Source: Azolla caroliniana (Eukaryota; Plantae; Polypodiophyta). From it: 64,000 nucleotides of DNA. Shown one piece after another: positions 53,694-64,000 of this stretch; position 1 is the stretch's first letter; each line of letters opens with the position of its first letter. The position numbers and the translations under genes were made by a program. The DNA lies in the NCBI GenBank assembly GCA_043228905.1, contig JBHGNT010000010.1:1550001-1614000 (forward strand), written 5' to 3'. Under the pieces are notes generated by a model. That model was not told the DNA's origin and did not search any database. It saw only the letters and a list, made by a program, of their open reading frames with translations.

Positions 53694-56600
53694 AGTTGAA
53701 AGTCATTTCCTATTGGATAATGCAAACATCGATATATCTACTCTTAAATATGTTCAGAAGTGTATGAATGCACACAGCATGCATGCTGAGCTCTCTTTCG
53801 GTTAACCATTTTTGGTGTGTGTCTCTCTCTCTATCTATCTCTATCTTTGTGTTCATCTTCCTCTTGAGTTTCAAATTTGCATCATGTCACTGAGAAATTC
53901 TTGGAAAGAATTGTCTGGTATATCTCTGGTGGGTGTGTATTTATATGGGACTGTAGCAAAAAAAGGAACACAATAGGTCACGTGCAACTCTTATGCTATC
54001 ACATTGTCCAATGTTTTCTTAGACTCCGAAATCTCAGTGCATTTCTTCAAGAATTTCGAAATTGGGAGACTGCATGGGCAATGGATGCTCTTTATACTAT
54101 GGTTTACGAGCTAAGGACATTGGCTGAAATGGTAAGATTCTTAAGATCCTCTTCAATCAATTCCATATTGTAGATTTTACTTTCAGATGTTTCCATTTTC
54201 TTGTGCTCCCGTAGGCGGACAGAGAAATGTCCATGTGTGGAAGGGTACCGGACAAGTTAAAAGGAGCAGGCTCATTTCTGATGAAGGTTTTTGGAGCGCT
54301 GGCTGTAAGTTTCTTTGATGTAGTCAGAATTTGTTTATTTTCTGCTCGCTGTAAGTAGTATGGCAAAATAAGATAGATACTTGACCTAGGGTGAATATCA
54401 AGATTCAGTGTGCATGCTCAATTTGTAGTTGGGATAAAAAGTAAATGAAATAGTCTTACAAAAAGACATTCTAAAAACGATCCAGAATTGTCTTAGTATA
54501 TGTATGCAGAGAGGGAAAATTTTATTTGAATTTTCCAAACTCCAAACCAAGAAAATAATGATACTCTAGGGTGAATTTGAGGATTCAATCCTTATTACAC
54601 TCCCATGCAAGAAGTATGATGACTTGTTAGACGGGCATGATAATTTAAGGGTCGAAGAAGGGTGAGTGCATTATTTTCACATAGAGAGTGTTTACTACAG
54701 GGTAATAACCCCCCTTGTTAGAAAGGAGTCACATACAAGATGATATGTTTGGTTCCATAGGTCAAAATCGGCCTCCTTGTGGACAGTAAAATAATTTTAT
54801 CTAATCTAATCTCAAAATAACCATATACTAAGTTGGAATTACCGGTTACAGAGATAGAACCTACAGGATAAAAACACCTTCTGCTGATCAGAGGAACATG
54901 ACCTTGATTACAAAACACAAGTTACATGCTCAAGTCTCCATCTCATCTGCCTTTTCATCTATGCAAACTGTCCTGCAGGAATCTTTTTATACCACAAACT
55001 TGGCTCCGTCATGAGATTTTTTTCTCTCTTTTTGGTTCTTTACTTTCCTGCAAAGGTAAACGGGCTTTGCCTGTATTACAGAAGACCCTTGCTATTATCC
55101 CAAATTAATAAGTTTCCATATAATGGAATATTTAATAAAAACCGAAAGAGCTTATTGCTACATCTTTCCCAGAGGTCTGAGCAATGATATAGTTATCTGA
55201 AATGAATAATGTTCAATTCTATTATTCTTCACAGTAAATAAGAATAAAATTATGTAAGCATATCTGATGACAAATGAGGCTAAAGAAAAGATATATGAAT
55301 TGTGCATGCTGTATGGATTATGTGATAATTTTTTTGGATACCTTGATAACTTGGAAATGTGTATGAACTGATGTAATTCTATTTGTGATAGGCTTTTTGG
55401 ATGCCATTATACTCTGGAAATGTTTTGCTGATGCAATGCTATACCTTTTGTATTGTCTTTAGGGGAAAGGTCCGAAGCGAGTTGGAGCTTTATATGTTAC
55501 ATGTCAATTATTCAAGGTGTATTTCAAGGTAAGAAAAGATATTAATTCACTCATTGTGGTCTGTTTATTGGTCTTTCTAAGGGGACAAATTTGGAGGTGG
55601 TGAGAACACCAGATTTGTACCATCTTGTTCCTTTATAGTATACATGCTGAGCCGTCCATCATTTTCACATTGCAGCTGGGTACAGTTCATCTTTGCAGAA
55701 GTGTGATACGCAGTATTGAAACAGCACGTGTTTTTGATTTCGAAGAGTTTCCAACCAGAGACAAAGTAAATGAGTTTTTTTGCAGCTGTAATCCTTTATC
55801 TTTCTTGTTTAACAAATTTATTCTGTGATCTTATGTTTCATAGGTAACTTACAATTATTACACTGGGCGCTTGGAGGTATTCAATGATAATTTTATTGCT
55901 GTAAGTCATCCCTCTGGTTGATCCTGTCTTTGATTATTCCATGACATAATATGGATGGCATATTGCTATAAGAACCATTACTGATGTTCACATACCATGT
56001 CTTCTTATGAGTTGATTGGCATAGGAATGGCACCATTTAGCTTCATGCTCACAATAAAGTTGATTTTTTTGCTTTGTTGAGCTCTCATTTAATTGCTAAG
56101 ATTAATGAGTATGTTGCAGGCTGACCAAAAGCTCACATATGCACTGGTGCATTGTGCTGCATCAAAAGTTCAAAATGTAAGGTCAGGCGATCTAAACCTG
56201 AAATGTTGGCTGTTTCCGTTTTATAAATGTTATAGTTGTAAATGCCTCTGTTATAGTTGTAACTGCTATCCAGCTGTAACGTTTTTTGCCTTTATATCAA
56301 GTTTTTGTCCTCTATCTTAAGGTCATATCTATCTATCTCAATAATAGTCTTGGTTTCTTCCATATTGTCTAGTTTCTCAGATTAAATATAGTTAAAATAA
56401 TGGGGTTTACAAATCTCTCAGGCGAGATTATATACATGTTAGCCATCATTTACTGATCAAAAGGTTCTTTTTGGAAATAGAATGATACTGAAGTATTTGA
56501 TACCAGTAAAGTTGTCCCTTGGAATTCTACCAAAAGATGTTCTGCTTCAGAAATACAATTTGGTTGAGGTAAATTATTTATCATGTCGAATGTAAACTAA

Positions 56601-57665
56601 TCCATTTGTATATATTCTGTAAGCTAACACCATTTATTTAAATTCCCTAAAATATGGCTGCTACTTTCTGCTCTCAAGGTTAAGTAAGATAGACGATAAT
56701 ATAACAAATGTGAAGTGGGCTTTCCTAACATAGCTGAGCCTGTCGCATAGTCAGGTCTACAGAGCTAGAAAGTCTAGATCAGATATGCATAGTCAATATA
56801 CCAGAAATACATAGATTTGATATGAATGGATTCCCCATCAGCCAATTTTCTTGCTCATAACAACATGAAATGCATTATCAGTGATTTTTCAGTTAAAAAG
56901 ATTTAAATACAAGAAATGTGATGACCAAATAGAAATTGATCCCCTTCAGTTATTTCAGATTGATGTACATGAAATACAGTCAAAATTGACGTTCTCAATT
57001 TTGCTGTTTTATCTTTGGGAGATAATCTTTATAATATTATTTGCAGTACTTAGATATTGTGCACGCATTACGAAGAGGTGATATAAGGCTACTCCGCCAG
57101 GCATTAGAGTCTTATGAAGATGAGTAAGTTTACCCTGCATCATCTAAACTATCTTCTCTTCTCCCTAACACTATCTGACATCTCATAAATGTTTCTTGGA
57201 AAAACAGATTTTTGAGATCAGGTGTCTATCTTGTTCTTGAAAAGCTAGAACTCCAAGTGTATCAAAGGTTGATGAAAAAAATGTGAGTGACTATTGAATT
57301 TCAATATACAGAGCTCCCTGTGGTCATTACTGACATAGACTTCCATCCACAGACACTTAATTCAGAAACAGAAGGATCCTAGCAAGGCACACCAGGTAAA
57401 AATGGATGTGGTAGTAAAGGCTTTGAAATGGCTTCAGATAGATATGGATATTGATGAGGTATGAAATTCCCTTGCGTCTATTTGATTTTATATGTTCATA
57501 TATTCCTCTTTTCAAGGTATGACTGAATTGCAGGTTGAATGTATAATGGCCATTTTGATTCACAAAAATTTGATGAAAGGTTACTTCTCCCACAAAAGCA
57601 AAGTTGTGGTGTTGAGCAAGCAAGATCCATTCCCAAAGTTGGGTGGGCGACCCGTGAATCCTTGA
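51083..57665 (+). CDS. EER5: PCI-domain TREX-2 subunit EER5/THP1/PCID2 (multi-exon)
   Basis: MEANRRLLEY, AFLQEFRNWETAWA, GAGSFLMKVFGALA|GKGPKRVGALYVTCQLFKVYFK|LGTVHLCRSVIRSIETARVFDFEEFPTRDK|VTYNYYTGRL, and end KGYFSHKSKVVVLSKQDPFPKLGGRPVNP*, colinear with Arabidopsis EER5 as remembered. Confidence 0.95.
52700..53310. repeat. Degenerate ~150-190-bp tandem repeat (about 4 copies) in EER5 intron 1
   Basis: Recurring GATCA..CTTAATAATATGATGAAATATGCTCC and TTGCTGACAAAAGCTTCAT.TGCT.ATCTAC. Confidence 0.75.
53605..53691. repeat. (CT)n microsatellite (~43 units)
   Basis: Read directly. Shorter (CT)/(GA) tracts occur at ~9969, ~31839 and ~43892. Confidence 0.95.
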
Positions 57666-58845
57666 GGCTTGACATTGCATAACAGTACTCTGCAGTTTAT
57701 GAACGAAGCATGATGTTGAAACAAAGACCGACAAACAGGCTTATGGAGCTGAATGGATTTATCCATTTCTTGATGGGAAATGCCATGGCTAATAGTATTA
57801 ACCCAACAAAGTGCAAAATTATAACAAAATGGGTTAATATGACATACTGCCAACTGCCACCATGTTCAGAGGATCTGGGCTTTACAATGAGATTCACCTC
57901 TTACACCAGATAGAGATATAATGGAACACTCAGTTGTTTTTCTAGAACAAGACTCGTGTAATATTATGAAGTCCGGCTTTTTCACTATTTTTCATGGTTG
58001 CACCTTGCAAAGCTTATGATTGTTTGTAATCCTGCTTTGTGCTAGTTTTTATGTTCTCCTTTCTTAAATAACGTGATTGTATAAAAAGGCAAATTTGAAG
58101 AGAAGCATCAAGAATGGTTGAATGTGACTAAATCAGTCTTTGGCACAATAATTGCAACATTTGCATTTCTTGATCAAAGTCATTTATGGCATATTTAAAA
58201 GTGATGCTGTTTTTTTAAAAAAGTATACACGGGACTATGTGTAACTGACATTTATCTCTTGGGAAAGTTGTTGAAACGTTAAAATACTTTCCTGCATGTT
58301 ATTACCTAGACCAATTCATGTGTCACATTCCACTTGTCATACCAGACAGATCCAATGCCAGATGGTCTTCTCTTATATGCGGGCATATATCACTATATGT
58401 ACAATGGTTAACTATTTCAAACAGCATACTTTCTTTATCTCTTAAACCAACTGTAAAAGTAGTTAGTCTACATCAATAGACTATATAAAAGATAATGGTG
58501 AGGCAAAGATGGCACACTACAATGAGCTTCAAATATTTTGGTTGAAATTACAAACCTCTAAAATGGGCTTAACTTACACTCACTTCTATTGCTTACGGTC
58601 CATTACAAAATTCTAGAAAATGCTTAAACAGCATCCTTCTCACGCAGTAAAGCCAAATATTTAAATTCTCTAATTTAAGCATAAAAGTCAATTGACATCA
58701 TATATACATTAATGGCTGACTCAGCATTTCCGTGGTGCCAGCAGTAGAATCAATTTAACTTATGGGGACATTAGCATGAGTTTATTCATTTGAAGGAACC
58801 ACGGTTTCACATCTCAGGACTAGAAATATACTCCAAAATCACAGG

Positions 58846-61800
58846 CTAATGAGAATTGACAGGTTTCAGGAGAGGTGGCTTATGACTCCCTGGCCTTGAA
58901 GACCATTTTTTCTTCTGCCTGTATGCTTCTACAGCCTGTAGCCGCAACCGTTCTTGTGAAATGCTCTGCACACGATAACAGTCTTACAATTATCACAGAA
59001 AGAATTTGCAAGTTAAATAGATTACTTGAAGAGTAATCAATGTAGTTTTTTTAACCCTTCACATGCAATATTATGGCGAAGTTATACAAACAAGGCACTA
59101 ATTAGTCAGCTCGGTTTCTGAAAACTCTCCTAGTGTAACGTACATTATGTATTTTAAACCACATTTTGTGTCAGCTATGTGATGGATTATTGCTTCAATT
59201 CTTAACCATTTCAGCTCGGTTTCTGAAAACTCTCCTGGTGTAACTTACATTATGTATTTAAAACCACATTTTGTGTCAGCTATGTCATGCATTATCGCTT
59301 CAATTCTTAACCATTTTAAAGATATAGAGGTTACTAACCTTTCACCGAATGCCTCAAACTTTATGGCAATTAAAGAATCAGAATTGCATACATACATTGA
59401 GACAATTGAAAAAAGTCAAATCATTGTTAGTTGTTTAAGCGTATGATGAGCACTTACAGTTTCTTTTTTGGGTATGGAAAGTTTTGGAGGTGCCTCCACA
59501 ACTTCACCAAAACTTATTCTATCTTCTTGATGTAAAGAACTTGAGTCAGTTGAATAGTTCTTGCTTGGTTTCTTCTTTTTCTTTTTATCCTGTAGGTACC
59601 TTTACAATGAGACATTTACATTGTTAGCAAATTTACATTACCTATCTGTATAACTTTTGACAATTCATAGGATAATCTTCCGAAGCCTATTTACACATTA
59701 GCTTTCCTTGTCAAAAACAAGAGAAATACGTTTCAATTCGAGAGCACTCACTTCTTTTTGCGTTCACTAAGCCCTTTGCGTACAGGAGTGATCCTGTATT
59801 TGTCCATTAGATCCTGCATGCTCTCATTTCGCTTTCTCTTTTTTATTTTTGGTACAGATAGTTTTTCGATTTGGATATCTCCATCAACCCCTTCTCTGAC
59901 AGAATTGTCTTCATGTTTTTCTTGTTGTAAATTTTGGATTTGGTTCTCATCAGCTTGTCTTAATTTTTTGAAACTCTGCAGCGCCAAACAGGGTGTCAAG
60001 AACATTCACATTTAATGTATACCCTTAATTTCTTCACTAATAATGTGTTAATCAGAATTATCTTTGTAATCTCGGAAAAGCACTACTTTCAAATTGGCTA
60101 TTTCTAAGTCTCCCCTACATTTTTAGTAAGCTCAGAAATAGCATGCATTTATTCGCACCTCAAATTTATCCTTGTTTTTGCCTGGTTTCAACTTCAATTG
60201 ACCTAATGAAACAAAAAACACTATTGATCAGGTCATGGAATTTTAGCTTGACTTGTGATTAGACACGGTAGCATTTGGTTATGGATGCACCCATGAAGTA
60301 TTGTGAAAATCCACACACTACCAGACACAAGGTTGCTGCTAATCTGACTCTTATTTGATTGAAACCAGAACTAGTTTTAAGAGGAAAAAAAAACGAAATC
60401 TTCGAGGTTTGGAATCAAGATAAAGTATTCTTACTGCAAACCAACGAGCATGTGATTGAGTCAAATAGTTACGATAAAGGGAAAAAAGAAAGGTTATAAC
60501 ATGCTTAGGAGATTCTCATGTTTAATTTATAATATATAGAAATTACTGCAGCAATATAATCAATCACGTTGCAAACATCCTCAGACATGTTACATAGTGG
60601 GGCGTACATTCAAAGCATTTTCCCAGAACCTTCTTCAAGCTCATGGTCTATAAATATCCATTCATGAGTACCTAGACCTATACAGACAGGTCCTGATTAG
60701 ATATTGAAAACGAATATATATATTGCTTCAGTAAAAAAGACACAGAGGTTCCTTGTGCTAAACCAATTGCTGTTTTGTGAATAATATATTGCTTCCTCTA
60801 AAAAATAGTTATAAAACCAATATCCTACAGATGATCTGTGAGCTCACAAGGATCATTTTGAGAGCCAAGCCAGCAGCAGTTCCTCGTCACACTCGGTGGC
60901 AACTGGTAAATGACCATAATCAATGCATTACCATCCCAACTGTCTACATCTTGTTAAGATGTAGAAGCCCCTGAAGTTTAAAGAACATAAGTGCTTACGG
61001 TATCAAAACTTATATATCATCTAGCGATCATCCAAAGAAAAGAATGTTCTGGTTTAAAGGATATGTTGTGTTCTTATCACATAATTTTCAGTTTCATTCT
61101 GTTTAAAGCGGGATAGTCTTTGATTATCCACACGTTCCTTGCTGTTTAAGGAAAATGCTAATTTGATAATCAAACTGATCTAGATTTTCTTTCCCGTTTT
61201 CCTGTTAAAAAAAGTCCTTTTCTGCTTATCATCCTGATATAGATAGAATTTCCTTTTCCGTTTAAAGAAAATACTTTTTTGCTCATCATGTAATCTGGAA
61301 TGTTCTTTTCTTCTTTAGGATAATACTGTTTGCAAATCATTCTAAAGAAAGAAAAACTATATTTTGCTAAGCTATTGCATACTGAGTTAAAACGAGATCA
61401 TCTTCAGCTACTTCATATCCCTGTGGCTGTATATTTTTACTTCCTTGCAGCATAAATTTGCCTTTCCATAAAAAATACTCACAAAATAGAAGATATGATA
61501 TTAAACTTGCTGTCACAACCATCAAAAGACCTGAGATAAACGAAAAGGTGATGCTAAAACCTCCACCAAACAAACTCGGAGAAGAGAAAAGGTGAAACTA
61601 AACGTATCACTTTCCCAGTCAAATTTACTCAAGAGAAAAGAAAAGGAGACACTGAATACGCTGTTTCCCCAGACAACCATACTGAGAGGTAAGAAAAGGT
61701 GATATTAAATTTTTTACTTCCGAACTCAAACATAGACAAACATAACAAAACATATCCTTCCCCAAACATTTCCTCCCCCAAACAAACTCAGAGAAGTTGC

Positions 61801-62374
61801 CGTTCCCTCCACCAAAATAACACAGGAAAAGAAAACGTGACATGAAACTTGTCGTTTCCTCCATCAAGGTAAAGAAAAGAATTTGCGACAACCTAACCTT
61901 GTCGTCTCCTCCACCAACTGAACTCGGAGAAACGGAAGCGCAGTACTAAACGTGCCGTTGCCTCAGTCAAACGAAAGAAAACCAGGCATTTAACTTGCAG
62001 TCATTTCTATCAAACAAAACTTAGAGAAAAGCAGACATAATTACTAAAGTTTCTTTCCTCCATCAAAGGAAAACGAGGAGAGAAAATGGCAGTAATGAGC
62101 TTTCCGTTTCTTAATCGCATCAAACGGACTCAGAGAAAAGCAAAGAAGAGAGAGGGGGAAGCAACTTACCGTTAATTCTTTGAGAAGAACGAGGAAGATG
62201 TGGAGATGGAGAAGAAGAAGAAGCATTGGAAGCTTTAAGGCTCATGATGTGGCGGAGCTTGGAGGGGATAGCCATGGCGTCTGCTGGGGTAGGGGGGCCA
62301 GGGAGAGAGTGATGTCCTCCATGCGCAGCCCGATAGTTGGCCTCGCGGCGCTTCCTTCCTTTACCCTTCCCCAT
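58846..62374 (-). CDS. CCDC137-like basic (probably nucleolar) protein, 5 exons
   Basis: Exons 62374-62170, 60202-60159, ~59975-59751, ~59599-59458 and ~58965-58846 join in frame: MGKGKGRKRREANYRAAHGG...AIPSKLRHIM...DRISFGEVVEAPPKL...QERLRLQAVEAYRQKKKWSSRPG. The family name comes from remembered motifs. Confidence 0.8.
59106..59316. repeat. 105-bp tandem duplication in the last intron of the CCDC137-like gene
   Basis: TCAGCTCGGTTTCTGAAAACTCTCCT...CTTAACCATTT starts at 59106 and 59211, with a few substitutions. Confidence 0.9.
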
Positions 62375-62850
62375 ACCTCCTCTCTCTTCCTCGTCTTCTT
62401 CTTCTGCAGCTTCTTCTGCTTTCTTCTTCTTCTTCTGCAGCTTCTTCTGCTCGTACAGCAGATGGCCTGTATTTTCCTTATTTCCCGAAATGCCCCTGAC
62501 TTTCTGATATTTCCCGAAATGCCCTTGTGTTTTTTCCTCGGGGATCAATTTTGGCCTTAGAAGACGTTAATATATCTTTCTTTCTTTCTCCTAAGAGTGA
62601 TTAGTGGAGGAACAAGAGAGACACTGGCCCTTAATCTTTGTACCTGATTTCTCATAAGTGCGGGATTAAGCGTGATTAAAGAGTTGTGGGTAGGTTTGTT
62701 AAGCTTTCCCATTGTATTTGTTATTTGAGAGAGGTGCGTGATTAGCGAGTTCTCCTGAGGGCTAGCTTAGGAGACATTGTCAAATGCGCTTGAGAGTAGT
62801 GGTTAGCACCCACGTCTCGCCGCAAAAGGGTGCATCACGCCTGCCTGATC

Positions 62851-63111
62851 CCTTGCAATGATCTAATGCAAAGTTAACCGCTAGCTTATTGAATTCACCT
62901 GGCATGATACATGCCCCAATGTTTTCCTTCACTTACCATGATCTTACAAGACATTATAGACCAACCCAGAACCTTAGACCTTGCAATGATCTAACACAAA
63001 GTTAAACCACTAGCTCATCAAATTGACCTAACACCTTACATGCCCCGGTGTTTTCCATCATTTATCATCAACTTACAAATCAATATAGATCACCCAAGGG
63101 CCTTAGACCTT
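62851..63111. repeat. Diverged ~128-bp tandem duplication upstream of the CCDC137-like gene
   Basis: CCTTGCAATGATCTAA..CAAAGTTAA starts at 62851 and 62979; both units end CCTTAGACCTT. Confidence 0.8.
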
Positions 63112-64000
63112 AGCGAAAAAGTCTATCAAGGTTAGGTGCCAAGAAGGCAAAAAACTAGGGTTACTATCATTATGGAAGTTTCAATATCATCAAAATACGA
63201 ATCTCAAATTGCATTCTTGCTTGCAAAATTAATGAGTAAAATTCTGTAGAATCAAGAGTCGTTATTAAAATCTACACATATGTCAAAGAAATGTTTCATT
63301 TTTAGTACCATATTGATGAAGAGTGATACAAAAACTTACTTAACATTGTCCGATTGATGGAATGAAAGAGCTACTTCCATTTCACAAGACAATGAATGGA
63401 CAAGCATGTAAAAACCAACTCAAATTATGACAATTTTGAAAGTAATGGTAGAAAATTAATCATTTCATGTGAGGATTTAATACAACAATGGATGTATGAA
63501 CAAATCATAAAATGTGATGATGAAATGAAAAGTAATTGAGGGTAGGCAGGAAGGCATCATATGTAAGCTTAGCATAGATGATTTGATACAATGTGAGAAT
63601 TAGCCATGGAACATCTAGGTTGGAATCCATGTTACATGTTACTCCTGTGGCAAAACAGCATCTTGCTTGTATAATACACTATGCCATCTTTCACCTTCAG
63701 TAACGAGTCACAGCATGATATCACGTAGCTATCTACAGTTGGCATTTGATGGCACTAACAATAATGTTTCATCACCAGAGTCATTCGAAAAACTTTGTAC
63801 ATCTGTAAACATAAAGCAATTTAGCATGTTTTAAACCATCTTGTTGAAGTGAGCCATTGTTGATTTAAATAAGCCCTGAAACCTATTAATCATCTGGCGT
63901 GCTAGTTTAAAAATGATTGTAAATTCGTAGAACTATAGAATATATATATATATATAGTAAGGGAAAGAAAGCGACATTTTTGGGATTAGTAGAATTAACT

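Overview
AT-rich, intron-rich land-plant nuclear DNA, probably from a plant with flagellated sperm (fern, lycophyte, bryophyte or similar), because it carries a basal-body LRRCC1/VFL1 gene. Eight protein-coding genes were assembled by hand from splice sites: LRRCC1/VFL1 (-, runs off the left edge), a predicted plastid-targeted Rieske-fold protein (+), a TIGR01589-family protein (+), signal peptide peptidase (-), a small single-exon protein with a PDCD4-type ribosome-binding motif (-), an NDA-type alternative NADH dehydrogenase (+), EER5/THP1/PCID2 (+) and a CCDC137-like basic protein (-). Between them lie solo LTRs, decayed Copia/Gypsy remnants, MITE-like elements and many local tandem duplications. 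The most unusual signal is the Rieske-fold gene, which no single ORF in the track shows. Both His ligands of the [2Fe-2S] site are lost and the site reads CxxC...CxxC, suggesting a natural rubredoxin/zinc-type metal site in a Rieske scaffold. Also notable: a stand-alone 'mini-PDCD4' without MA3 domains, hairpin clusters and a candidate poison exon in the CCDC137-like intron, a U12-like intron, a GC-AG intron, a uORF and a very long NDA N-terminus. Family calls rest on remembered motifs; no database search was run.
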